A stretch of 64,000 nucleotides of DNA from IMG/VR virus record IMGVR_UViG_2565956726_000008; one strand, 5' to 3'. The translations under genes and the position numbers were made by a program. This document shows positions 38,619 through 47,641 of this stretch, piece after piece (position 1 is the first letter of the stretch; the number at the start of each line of letters is the position of its first letter). A model generated the notes under the pieces. That model was given only the letters and a program-made list of their open reading frames with translations, was not told the DNA's origin and made no database searches. Origin of the DNA: a virus. Taxonomy: Duplodnaviria > Heunggongvirae > Uroviricota > Caudoviricetes.

Positions 38619-39057
38619 TTTTAGATATATCTTATCAAATGTTAATGATTTGAGTGGGAAACATGATTCCAGAAACTAATCATGCGGCTACTTTATAAAA
38701 ATAATGCCCATATAAAACAGCCAGCGAAAAGGATTACGGATAAAAAAGGAGCGAGATGTGCATAGTTGTTATTTTCCATGTTTAACCACCTTAAATAATT
38801 GATGATGACGGGATGTGCATCTGTAATGCTTTTGTTGAAATGTTATGATAAAAAAGAACTTTTTCATAACATTAAAATGTAATTTATCTAATCGTTTTTA
38901 ATAATAAGTGTTGTATTTCTATCCTTGTATCAGCTATTTGATATGTAGTGTTTGTTCATGTTATGTGGAGCTTTACACCATAGCCAGTTTATTTATACTT
39001 TATTCGTCAGCCTGAACAACTGGCATCTGCTGCACTGCGCCATCGAGAGATTGAGAA

Positions 39058-39657
39058 ATGGCGCATATACAACTGGTCAAACAAACCTCTTCTGGACTAC
39101 TTCTCCCGGCGACGCCGGAGAGTTGCGATTTTTTGCATCAAATCAAAATAGGCGAGTGGATACACGCAGACTTTAAGCGTGTGCGTAACTACGCATTCCA
39201 CAAGCGTTTTTTCAAACTCCTGCAACTGGGATTCGATTACTGGACTCCGGTCGGTGGGGCGATCACGCCTCGCGAACGAAAGCTGGTTTCAGGATTCGTT
39301 GATTACCTATGTGAATCAGTAGGCCGGGAACATACGCCAGCTCTGAGCGAAGCCGCAGAGCAATATCTGAATACAGTTGCGACACGCAGAACCCGGGATA
39401 CGGCATTGCTAAAGTCGTTTGAGGCTTTCCGCGAGTGGGTAACCATTCAGGCCGGATTTTACACCGAGCATCTTTATCCTGATGGTAGCCATGGGCGTCG
39501 GGCGAAATCCATCGCTTTTGCGAATATGGACGAAACCGAGTTTCAGCAGGTTTATAAATCTGTTCTGAATGTGCTGTGGAACTGGATTCTGTTCCGTAAA
39601 TTTTCCTCTCCGGAACAAGTCGAAAATGTGACCGCGCAGCTGCTGGAGTTTGCGTAA
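39058..39657 (+). CDS. DUF1367-like prophage protein
   Basis: 199-aa ORF, first gene of the operon leading to Q; family recalled from lambdoid nin/Q regions, identity not verified. Confidence 0.5.
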   Translation: MAHIQLVKQTSSGLLLPATPESCDFLHQIKIGEWIHADFKRVRNYAFHKRFFKLLQLGFDYWTPVGGAITPRERKLVSGFVDYLCESVGREHTPALSEAAEQYLNTVATRRTRDTALLKSFEAFREWVTIQAGFYTEHLYPDGSHGRRAKSIAFANMDETEFQQVYKSVLNVLWNWILFRKFSSPEQVENVTAQLLEFA

Positions 39658-39947
39658 TGGTGGATTTACGTAAAGCGGCGCGGGGGCAGATGTGCACCGT
39701 CAGAATTCCTGGCTACTGCAATCACGATCCGGAAACGTCTGTGCTGGCGCATTACCGACTGGCGGGAACGTGCGGAACAGCGACAAAACCACACGATATG
39801 CAGGCGGCGATTGCCTGTAGCTCATGCCACGATCTAATCGACGGGCGGGTAAAAACCAGCGATTACACCAAAGAAGAATTACGCCTGATGCATGCAGAAG
39901 GTGTTTTTCGCACACAAGAAATCTGGAGAAAGGAGGGATATTTGTGA
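39657..39947 (+). CDS. YbcO-like putative nuclease (DUF1364)
   Basis: 96 aa; MVDLRKAARGQMCTVRIPGYCNHDPETSVLAHYRL...IACSSCHD closely resembles my recollection of DLP12 YbcO. Confidence 0.6.
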   Translation: MVDLRKAARGQMCTVRIPGYCNHDPETSVLAHYRLAGTCGTATKPHDMQAAIACSSCHDLIDGRVKTSDYTKEELRLMHAEGVFRTQEIWRKEGYL

Positions 39948-40486
39948 TTTACCCAACGAATACAGGAAAAAGCGGAGAACACCTTCGTCTCGCCACGCTG
40001 GAAAGTGTCTGGATTCAGGGCAAACTGCGTATGTGGGGGCGCTGGTCGTATATTGGCGGTGGCAGGTCAGGAAATATGTTCAATCAGTTGTTGGCATCCA
40101 AAAAATTGACGAAAACAGCCATCAATGAAGCCCTGCGCAGAATGAAAAAAGCGGGAATAGAGAAAGCTGAGCTGGAAGCGTTTTTGCGAGAGATGATCAA
40201 CGGCAAGCAAAAGAGCTGGCTGGCGCATTGTACTGATGCAGAGGCGTTATGTATTGATCGAGTCATAAGTGAGGTGCTGGCAGAGCATCCTGGATTGATT
40301 AGTGTCCTCCGGCAACGGTATGAAGGACGGGGGATGACTAAGCGCAAAATGGCTGAATTGCTAAATGATGCACATCCTGAGTGGTGTTTTAGCACATGCG
40401 AAAAGCGAATTGCTAATTGGTTGGCTGTTGCTGAGTATGCCCTATATATTCCCATGCGAGAATCATTTGCTCAAAAAATAGCTTGA
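39944..40486 (+). CDS. late-gene antiterminator Q-like protein, putative
   Basis: About 180 aa from GTG at 39944 (listed ORF starts earlier at 39824); last gene before the terminator and lysis cassette. Assignment is mainly positional. Confidence 0.4.
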   Translation: MIYPTNTGKSGEHLRLATLESVWIQGKLRMWGRWSYIGGGRSGNMFNQLLASKKLTKTAINEALRRMKKAGIEKAELEAFLREMINGKQKSWLAHCTDAEALCIDRVISEVLAEHPGLISVLRQRYEGRGMTKRKMAELLNDAHPEWCFSTCEKRIANWLAVAEYALYIPMRESFAQKIA

Positions 40487-40570
40487 TTTTTTACGCATAA
40501 ACTGCTTCAATTCCGGTATGCTTCGCAAAGCTGTATCGCGAGGCGAACCAAGCGCATGAACTTTACCAGA

Positions 40571-40598
40571 ACCCGCCATTGAGCGGGTTTTGTTGTTT
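40571..40598 (+). terminator. rho-independent terminator downstream of Q-like gene
   Basis: acccgc-cattga-gcgggt hairpin followed by TTTTGTTGTTT. Confidence 0.5.
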
Positions 40599-40707
40599 CT
40601 GGTACTGGTGAACCTGATGTTTCATTTCTGGAGCGCGATTCCTGGCGGAATACCTAGAATCGAGACATTCTGGTAAAATTGTTTTCAGTACAGGATGTGG
40701 AGGTGAG

Positions 40708-41277
40708 ATGAGAGAACTACCTAAAGATTATTTTTTAGGAGTAGATGATGAGCTCGTCGATTATCTTGAAAAACAAGGGGAAGAGACGATACGAGAGATT
40801 CATCTTTCTAACAAAACCAATGTTGAGAATGGATACAAACTTCTGAACATTCAGATTGTTGGAATTGGTTCATCTTTTTTATTGCTGACACAGAAAACTA
40901 ATTTCGATTTTCTCACCGCCGGAATTACCACATTTACATTACTATGGACATGGTGCGCCATTTACTTGGTATGTACTGGTTTATCTGTGAAGGTTAGGGG
41001 CCTGATCAATGCCCCTCCTGATCATATATATCATGAAAAATATAAGGATATGGAGCCCTCGAGCTTTAAAATATTCGCTGATGCAGGATATTTAGGACCT
41101 GATAAGTTATTGCCGCTTATACGAAGGTATCGCCTTGTTGACTTGAGTGATACAGCAAGAGAGTTACTGTTGGAAAATGAGAAAATCCGCACGAGTCTCG
41201 ATAAAGCAAGGATGTATACCATCCTTGCTCCGGTAGCGGCGATGTTTATCTCGGCTGTTTTTTTATATGTTCAATGA
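40708..41277 (+). CDS. predicted membrane protein (moron between Q and lysis genes), function unknown
   Basis: 189 aa; GGAGGTGAG RBS; hydrophobic helices (GIGSSFLLLTQ, FTLLWTWCAIYLVCTGL, ILAPVAAMFISAVFLYV); no family recognised. Confidence 0.5.
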   Translation: MRELPKDYFLGVDDELVDYLEKQGEETIREIHLSNKTNVENGYKLLNIQIVGIGSSFLLLTQKTNFDFLTAGITTFTLLWTWCAIYLVCTGLSVKVRGLINAPPDHIYHEKYKDMEPSSFKIFADAGYLGPDKLLPLIRRYRLVDLSDTARELLLENEKIRTSLDKARMYTILAPVAAMFISAVFLYVQ

Positions 41278-41407
41278 CTGAGTCGGCAGAATCTCCAACA
41301 AAAACACGACGTGTAGCAAAGTCTGTAGTACTTTGTGTTGGAGTTGGTTTTGGTGCCACGGGTTGCTGAGGTTTATTTTCACCTTGTGGTTTGTTTTTTT
41401 CAGACAT
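41246..41407 (-). CDS. small hypothetical protein (53 aa), convergent with the membrane-protein gene
   Basis: ATG at 41405-41407 with AAAGAGGA Shine-Dalgarno; low-complexity Pro/Gln-rich product MSEKNKPQGENKPQQPVAPKPTPTQSTTDFATRRVFVGDSADSVIEHIKKQPR; overlaps 3' end of 40708-41277 by 32 nt. Confidence 0.3.
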   Translation of the reverse strand: MSEKNKPQGENKPQQPVAPKPTPTQSTTDFATRRVFVGDSADSVIEHIKKQPR

Positions 41408-41500
41408 AAAAATCCTCTTTGTTTGAATTGTTACTTTTGGCGATTTAACGATATCAAACACGAGTATATACCGCCAGAAGCTTAATCTGGCACTCCATCT

Positions 41501-41527
41501 GGCCCCGGCATGTCCCGGGGCTTTTTC
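41501..41527 (+). terminator. rho-independent terminator upstream of holin (tR'-like)
   Basis: ggccccggcatgtcccgggg hairpin followed by CTTTTT, about 90 nt before the holin start. Confidence 0.5.
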
Positions 41528-41615
41528 GTTGTTAGGCTCTGGAAACATCCTCGACTTCTTGTTAGCAAGCCTGAGAGCCTGAATCTTACACTTAGCACCA
41601 TCCGAACTCTCGGAG

Positions 41616-41966
41616 GTGAGGCTTATGAAAATGCACAATGCCCCTCATTCCTGGCCTGACTTACTGGAACTCTTACAAAGTTGGTGGCGTGGAGATACGC
41701 CGCTGGGTGCAGTGGTTATGTCAATTATTATGGCTGGTTTGCGCATTGCCTATTTTGGCGGTGGCGGCGGCTGGAAACGAAAAACGCTTGAGATTCTGCT
41801 TTGTGGTGCTCTGACGCTGACCTTTGCATCCGCGCTTGAGTATGTCGGATGGCCTAAATCACTTTCTGTTGCCATTGGTGGTGGGGTGGGGCTGATTGGT
41901 GTTGATGCTATTCGTGGTGCGGCAATGAGGGTCATCGGTAACAAGTTCGGTGCCCATAAGGAGTAA
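41616..41966 (+). CDS. holin (lambda S-like, with dual-start motif)
   Basis: 116 aa; N-terminus MRLMKMHNAP offers alternative Met starts as in lambda S107/S105; hydrophobic helices; directly upstream of endolysin R. Confidence 0.6.
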   Translation: MRLMKMHNAPHSWPDLLELLQSWWRGDTPLGAVVMSIIMAGLRIAYFGGGGGWKRKTLEILLCGALTLTFASALEYVGWPKSLSVAIGGGVGLIGVDAIRGAAMRVIGNKFGAHKE

Positions 41967-41969
41967 TTA

Positions 41970-42446
41970 ATGCAGACACTTAATTCCCAGCGTAAAGCTT
42001 TCCTTGATATGGTGGCATGGTCAGAAGGAACAGATAACGGACGGCAGAAAACCAGAAATCACGGTTATGATGTTATTGTCGGTGGCGAACTGTTCACTGA
42101 TTACTCCGATCACCCCCGCAAACTTGTCACGCTAAATCCGAAACTCAAATCAACAGCCGCTGGACGTTACCAGCTTCTTTCACGCTGGTGGGATGCCTAC
42201 CGCAAGCAACTTGGCCTGAAAGATTTTTCTCCAGAAAGTCAGGATGCTGTAGCGCTGCAGCAGATTAAAGAGCGTGGCGCTTTGCCGATGATTGATCGCG
42301 GTGATATCCGTCAGGCTATCGACCGTTGCAGCAATATATGGGCTTCACTGCCGGGCGCTGGTTATGGTCAGTTCGAGCATAAGGCTGACAGTCTGATTGC
42401 AAAATTCAAAGAAGCTGGCGGAACGGTCAGAGAGATTGAGGTATGA
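41970..42446 (+). CDS. R: endolysin R (lytic transglycosylase)
   Basis: 158 aa; near-identical to lambda R as I recall it ([45 protein letters not shown]...). Confidence 0.93.
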   Translation: MQTLNSQRKAFLDMVAWSEGTDNGRQKTRNHGYDVIVGGELFTDYSDHPRKLVTLNPKLKSTAAGRYQLLSRWWDAYRKQLGLKDFSPESQDAVALQQIKERGALPMIDRGDIRQAIDRCSNIWASLPGAGYGQFEHKADSLIAKFKEAGGTVREIEV

Positions 42447-42907
42447 GCAGAGTAACCGCGATTATCTCCGCTCTGGTTATCTGCATCGTCGTCTGCCTGT
42501 CATGGGGTGTTAATCATTACCGTGATAACGCCATCGCCTACAAAGAACAGCGCGACAAAAATGCCAGAGAACTGAAGCTGGCGAACGCGGCAATTACTGA
42601 CATGCAGATGCGTCAGCGTGATGTTGCTGCGCTCGATGCAAAATACACGAAGGAGTTAGCTGATGCGAAAGCTGAAAATGATGCTCTGCGTGATGATGTT
42701 GCCGCTGGTCGTCGTCGGTTGCACATCAAAGCAGTCTGTCAGTCAGTGCGTGAAGCCACCACCGCCTCCGGCGTGGATAATGCAGCCTCCCCCCGACTGG
42801 CAGACACCGCTGAACGGGATTATTTCACCCTCCGGGAACGACTGGTAATGATGCAGGCCCAACTTGAAGGTGCTCAGCAATACATAACCGAGCAGTGTTT
42901 AAAGTAA
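42443..42907 (+). CDS. Rz: i-spanin Rz
   Basis: 154 aa; N-terminal TM helix then coiled coil; near-identical to lambda Rz as I recall it. Confidence 0.9.
   Translation: MSRVTAIISALVICIVVCLSWGVNHYRDNAIAYKEQRDKNARELKLANAAITDMQMRQRDVAALDAKYTKELADAKAENDALRDDVAAGRRRLHIKAVCQSVREATTASGVDNAASPRLADTAERDYFTLRERLVMMQAQLEGAQQYITEQCLK
42663..42848 (+). CDS. Rz1: o-spanin Rz1 (embedded in Rz, +1 frame)
   Basis: 61-aa ORF inside Rz; lipoprotein signal [15 protein letters not shown] and proline-rich [15 protein letters not shown] as in lambda Rz1. Confidence 0.85.
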   Translation: MRKLKMMLCVMMLPLVVVGCTSKQSVSQCVKPPPPPAWIMQPPPDWQTPLNGIISPSGNDW

Positions 42908-43044
42908 AATCTTAACTACAATATGATTCATTTTGATGATTGTTTCATAAGGAACAGTGAAGTAAGATCTAAGAGGAGTTAAATTTTATACAGTATAATC
43001 ATAATATTGCAGCAAGGTGGTTATAATTGAAAGAATATTTAGAT

Positions 43045-44502
43045 ATGAATACATCTCATGTAAGAGTTGTTACTCATATGTGTGGGTTCCTGGTTTGGCT
43101 CTATAGTCTTTCAATGTTGCCACCAATGGTTGTAGCATTGTTTTATAAAGAAAAAAGCCTGTTCGTTTTCTTTATAACTTTCGTTATATTTTTTTGCATT
43201 GGTGGCGGAGCGTGGTATACAACTAAGAAATCTGGCATTCAATTACGTACCCGTGATGGGTTTATTATAATTGTAATGTTTTGGATTTTGTTTTCTGTTA
43301 TTAGTGCATTCCCTTTATGGATTGACTCAGAACTTAATTTAACGTTCATTGATGCTCTGTTTGAAGGGGTTTCTGGAATAACAACAACAGGAGCAACTGT
43401 AATTGATGATGTTAGTTCATTACCTCGGGCATATTTGTACTATCGGTCACAGTTAAATTTTATAGGTGGTTTAGGAGTTATTGTTCTGGCGGTTGCTGTA
43501 TTGCCATTATTGGGTATTGGTGGTGCAAAGCTTTATCAGTCAGAAATGCCGGGGCCATTTAAGGATGACAAACTCACTCCCCGCCTGGCCGATACGTCAC
43601 GGACACTGTGGATAACTTATTCTTTATTAGGTATTGCTTGTATTGTCTGTTATAGACTTGCAGGAATGCCTTTGTTTGATGCTATTTGTCACGGGATTTC
43701 CACAGTTTCGCTTGGTGGTTTCTCAACTCATAGCGAGAGTATCGGATATTTTAATAACTATTTGGTTGAGCTGGTGGCTGGTTCTTTTTCCCTGCTATCG
43801 GCTTTCAACTTCACTCTTTGGTATATTGTTATTAGCAGGAAAACGATAAAACCTTTAATCAGAGATATTGAACTTCGTTTCTTTCTGTTAATAGCCTTAG
43901 GGGTGATCATTGTTACCTCTTTCCAGGTCTGGCATATAGGTATGTATGACTTGCATGGAAGTTTTATTCATTCGTTTTTTCTTGCCAGCTCCATGCTCAC
44001 TGATAATGGTTTAGCTACGCAGGATTATGCAAGTTGGCCCACGCACACGATAGTGTTTTTGCTGTTGTCAAGTTTCTTTGGGGGATGTATAGGTTCAACT
44101 TGTGGTGGAATTAAGTCACTTCGATTTCTTATACTTTTCAAACAAAGCAAACACGAGATAAATCAGCTTTCTCATCCCAGAGCGTTGTTGAGTGTAAATG
44201 TAGGAGGGAAGATAGTTACAGATCGTGTAATGAGGTCTGTATGGAGTTTCTTTTTTCTTTATACTCTCTTCACGGTGTTTTTTATACTGGTGTTAAATGG
44301 TATGGGATATGATTTTCTTACATCATTTGCAACAGTGGCTGCATGTATTAATAATATGGGATTAGGTTTTGGGGCTACTGCATCGTCATTCGGAGTGCTT
44401 AATGACATTGCAAAATGTTTAATGTGCATAGCTATGATTCTTGGTCGCCTTGAAATTTATCCTGTTATTATATTGTTTTCAGGTTTTTTTTGGCGCTCCT
44501 AA
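43045..44502 (+). CDS. trkG: Trk system potassium uptake protein TrkG
   Basis: 485 aa from MNTSHVRVVTHMCGFLVW; matches recollection of K-12 Rac trkG; AT-rich, multi-TM. Confidence 0.9.
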   Translation: MNTSHVRVVTHMCGFLVWLYSLSMLPPMVVALFYKEKSLFVFFITFVIFFCIGGGAWYTTKKSGIQLRTRDGFIIIVMFWILFSVISAFPLWIDSELNLTFIDALFEGVSGITTTGATVIDDVSSLPRAYLYYRSQLNFIGGLGVIVLAVAVLPLLGIGGAKLYQSEMPGPFKDDKLTPRLADTSRTLWITYSLLGIACIVCYRLAGMPLFDAICHGISTVSLGGFSTHSESIGYFNNYLVELVAGSFSLLSAFNFTLWYIVISRKTIKPLIRDIELRFFLLIALGVIIVTSFQVWHIGMYDLHGSFIHSFFLASSMLTDNGLATQDYASWPTHTIVFLLLSSFFGGCIGSTCGGIKSLRFLILFKQSKHEINQLSHPRALLSVNVGGKIVTDRVMRSVWSFFFLYTLFTVFFILVLNGMGYDFLTSFATVAACINNMGLGFGATASSFGVLNDIAKCLMCIAMILGRLEIYPVIILFSGFFWRS

Positions 44503-44639
44503 TATATGGCTGATTTATAATTGTGAGTTTAATATTATGTTGACTCACTCATTGATCCAATACCTAACTTTACCAGCAACACCTCCGTCCCCAGTAGCAC
44601 TGGCTGCTGGGGTGCGTTTTATTCATAAAGCAAGGCTGT

Positions 44640-45431
44640 ATGAGCGAGAAATTAAAGATAGTCTATCGCCCATTACAAGAATTGTCACCGTATGCGCACA
44701 ACGCCAGGACGCACAGTACTGAGCAGGTGGCACAACTGGTAGAAAGTATTAAGCAATTCGGCTGGACTAATCCGGTGCTGATTGACGAAAAGGGCGAAAT
44801 TATTGCGGGTCACGGTCGTGTTATGGCGGCTGAAATGCTCAAAATGGATTCTGTTCCGGTCATTGTTCTGTCTGGCCTGACGGATGAGCAGAAAAAGGCG
44901 TACCGCCTGGCAGATAATCGCCTGCCGATGAATGCTGGCTGGGATGAAGATCTGTTGCGGATGGAGCTGTCGGACCTAATCAATGCTGATTTTGATGTCT
45001 CCCTGACAGGCTTCATCCCGACAGAAATTGATGAACTGTTGACGGATGTTTTGCCCGGTACAGGAAATGAGGAGGAGCCGTATACGACGAAAATTGATAC
45101 GCCTGTTTATGAGCCGTCGGGCGGTAAACCGGATATCAGTGAACTGTACGACGATACGAAAACTCAGGAGCTGATCAGCCGGATACGTTCGGCGTCCCTT
45201 GAGCCTGATATTGAGAAATTCCTCCTGTGTGCGGCAGAACGTCACACGGTGTTTAATTTCAGCAGAATTGCGGACTATTACGCTCACGCCCCCTCTGAAA
45301 TTCAGTGTTTTTTCGAGGAGTCGGCGCTGGTGATCATTGATTATCAGCAGGCTATTGAAAATGGATTTGTCCGGATGACGCAGCGCATGGTGGAGATCAT
45401 GCATGGTGGTGAGGAGGAGGAATATGCGTGA
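44640..45431 (+). CDS. ParB-like nuclease domain protein (YnaK-like, full length)
   Basis: 263 aa; N-terminal ParB/Srx-like region (LKIVYRPLQELSPYAHNARTHS...ILIDEKGEIIAGHGRVMAA). Confidence 0.6.
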   Translation: MSEKLKIVYRPLQELSPYAHNARTHSTEQVAQLVESIKQFGWTNPVLIDEKGEIIAGHGRVMAAEMLKMDSVPVIVLSGLTDEQKKAYRLADNRLPMNAGWDEDLLRMELSDLINADFDVSLTGFIPTEIDELLTDVLPGTGNEEEPYTTKIDTPVYEPSGGKPDISELYDDTKTQELISRIRSASLEPDIEKFLLCAAERHTVFNFSRIADYYAHAPSEIQCFFEESALVIIDYQQAIENGFVRMTQRMVEIMHGGEEEEYA

Positions 45432-46356
45432 TGATTTTTGCGCCTTTATTCTGACTCACGGGCGACCGGACAAAGTTCTGACTTACCGGACGTTGCGTCG
45501 TGCTGGCTATACCGGGAAAATTTTTATCGTTGTTGATGATGAAGATAAGACACGGCATCAGTACATGGCTGAATTTGGTGAACAGGTGCTGGTGTTTTCC
45601 AAAGCCGATATCGCCAGTCGTTTTGACGAAGCCGATAATTTCTGTGACCGCCGCTCAATTTTTTACGCCCGTAATGCCTGTTTCGACCTGGCAAAACTGG
45701 TCGGGTGTAAATACTTCATTCAGCTCGATGATGATTATCACGAGTTCCAGTTTCGGGTGGATCGCAACTATGACCAGGCCTATTTTCCGATAAGGAAACT
45801 GGATGCGATCCTTTCTGAAATGCTGGCGTACTACGAATCAATACCTGCTCTTTCCATCGCTATGTCGCAGGGCGGGGATTTTCTTGGTGACAATGGCGGC
45901 CATGCTTCGTGGGTGAAACGCAAGGCAATGAACAGCTTTATCTGTTCGGTTGATCGACCGTTCTCATTCATGGGGCGCATTAACGAGGATGTGAATACGT
46001 ACACGAATCTCGGTCGCTGTGGTGAATTGTTTATGACGATCGGTGCTGTCCAGTTAGGGCAGAAACAGACGCAGAAAAACAGCGGCGGAATGACCGAGCT
46101 GTATCTGGATTCCGGAACCTACGTTAAAAGTTTTTACTCCGTCATGTATGCGCCGTCGTGCGTAAAAATCTCACTGATGGGTGCCAGCCATAAACGCATT
46201 CACCATCAGGTCACCTGGAACAACGCTGCAGTAAAAATCCTTCACGAAAAATACAGGAAGAAGACACCCTGCATATCAATGGGGGTGACAAATGATTCCG
46301 TATTCGAAAGTCGAGTCTCTGGCAGCGTGCCGGATGACTGCACAACAAATCGCTGA
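45424..46356 (+). CDS. GT-A-like (glycosyltransferase-fold) protein, putative; YdaY-position
   Basis: 310 aa from MRDDFCAFILTHGRPDKV; N-terminal region and DxD-like QLDDDY motif resemble GT-A glycosyltransferases; tentative. Confidence 0.4.
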   Translation: MRDDFCAFILTHGRPDKVLTYRTLRRAGYTGKIFIVVDDEDKTRHQYMAEFGEQVLVFSKADIASRFDEADNFCDRRSIFYARNACFDLAKLVGCKYFIQLDDDYHEFQFRVDRNYDQAYFPIRKLDAILSEMLAYYESIPALSIAMSQGGDFLGDNGGHASWVKRKAMNSFICSVDRPFSFMGRINEDVNTYTNLGRCGELFMTIGAVQLGQKQTQKNSGGMTELYLDSGTYVKSFYSVMYAPSCVKISLMGASHKRIHHQVTWNNAAVKILHEKYRKKTPCISMGVTNDSVFESRVSGSVPDDCTTNR

Positions 46357-46543
46357 CGTTCTGGATGTTGATCTGAACCGACTGAAAGAAAATCGGGAAG
46401 CAATGACAGATTTTTATGCGGCCATCCGTAAGGGCAGAGCGAAAGGTGAAGCCGAGTTACGAGCGGCATTGTTTAAGCTTGCCAGAAAAGGGGATGCCTT
46501 TGCTCTGCGCGAACTACTCAGGGTGGATAAAAATCAGGACTAA
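46334..46543 (+). CDS. small HTH-like protein upstream of terminase, putative
   Basis: 69 aa from MTAQQIADVLDVDLNRLKENREAM (listed ORF starts 46292); overlaps the end of the preceding gene. Confidence 0.35.
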   Translation: MTAQQIADVLDVDLNRLKENREAMTDFYAAIRKGRAKGEAELRAALFKLARKGDAFALRELLRVDKNQD

Positions 46544-46546
46544 CTG

Positions 46547-47641
46547 ATGAGCAGACCGGACTGGGGGGCGTTGCAGCAGGAGTATATTGCTGAATACACC
46601 CGCTCCGGTATATCTCCGGTGGCATGGTGTGAAGCAAGGGGACTGAATTACGCAACAGCCCGTCGTTACATCAAAAAAACTCCGAAAAATGCGCAGACAG
46701 AAATGTGCAAAACTGCGCAAAAAAGTGCGCAGAAAAAATCTGCGCAGACTGCACAAAAGCGGAACGAAAAATCTCAGGAAAAAAAGCCAGTATTCGATGC
46801 GGGCCTGAATGAGGGCGACGCGGAGGAATTTTCGTTCTGTCCCGATGAATTCGGCATTTCTGACCAGCAGGCTAAGTTTGCGATGCTTGTTGCTCAGGGT
46901 AAAAAGCCGACAGAGGCGTACCGACTAGCCGGTTATGAGGGGCAAGGTGCGACAGCTAATAGCAACGCCAGTCGTATGCTTAGAAATGCCAGGGTTTTTC
47001 GCGCTATCAGCTACTTCCGCAATCAGTACCAGAAACGCTATACCGCAGACCTGGATTTACTAGTGAGTCAGTTGATGGCCATTGTCCTGGCCGACCCCAA
47101 TCAGCTTGCACAATTTCGCCGTGTTAACTGCCGTTATTGCTGGGGCGAGAATCATCTCTACCAGTGGCGCGATATAGCAGAATTCGACAAGGCAGCGGCG
47201 CAGGCTTCCAGAGATGGCAAACCCGAACCGGAATATGGAGGCCTCGGCTTTGTTGATAACGCCATACCCAATCCGGACTGCCCGAAGTGCTGCGGTGAGG
47301 GAACGGGACAGCTTTATATGGCTGATACCACTCTGCTTGATGGGGATGCGCGGCAATTATATGCAGGGGCAAAATTCGGAAAATTCGGCGTTGAGATCCT
47401 GCTGGAGGATAAGGCTGCCGCCCGGCGTGAATTGTTGCGTTTGCTTTCTGCTGGCGGGGCTTTATGTGCAGATAAGCGGCTACAGGAACTGGAAATTGAA
47501 CGGCGCAGAATGGAAAACCAGAAGCTGCGCAAAGAGATCGAAACGGTGGAAGATAATGAACATCCCCAGCCTGTGGCGATCAATATTAATGTGGTTGATG
47601 CCAGAGTAAGGAGTGATGAAGATGATCTCTCCGACGCTTAA
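46547..47641 (+). CDS. terminase small subunit with Cys-rich insertion
   Basis: 364 aa; AKFAMLVAQGKKPTEAYRLAGYEGQGATANSNASRMLRN is a typical small-terminase HTH segment; additional CxxC...CxxCC cluster; contains a DNA repeat array at 46685-46765. Confidence 0.6.
   Translation: MSRPDWGALQQEYIAEYTRSGISPVAWCEARGLNYATARRYIKKTPKNAQTEMCKTAQKSAQKKSAQTAQKRNEKSQEKKPVFDAGLNEGDAEEFSFCPDEFGISDQQAKFAMLVAQGKKPTEAYRLAGYEGQGATANSNASRMLRNARVFRAISYFRNQYQKRYTADLDLLVSQLMAIVLADPNQLAQFRRVNCRYCWGENHLYQWRDIAEFDKAAAQASRDGKPEPEYGGLGFVDNAIPNPDCPKCCGEGTGQLYMADTTLLDGDARQLYAGAKFGKFGVEILLEDKAAARRELLRLLSAGGALCADKRLQELEIERRRMENQKLRKEIETVEDNEHPQPVAININVVDARVRSDEDDLSDA

Noticed and set aside
40708-41277. Shiga-toxin-like cargo at the Q-S junction
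   Set aside because: The position matches where Stx phages carry stxAB, but the product is a single 189-aa multi-TM protein with no A or B subunit features; kept as an unknown membrane moron instead.
41246-41638. 130-aa long form of the minus-strand ORF near the holin
   Set aside because: The long form would run through the terminator hairpin and into the holin start region with no RBS. The internal ATG at 41407 with a strong Shine-Dalgarno gives a more plausible 53-aa product, itself reported at low confidence.
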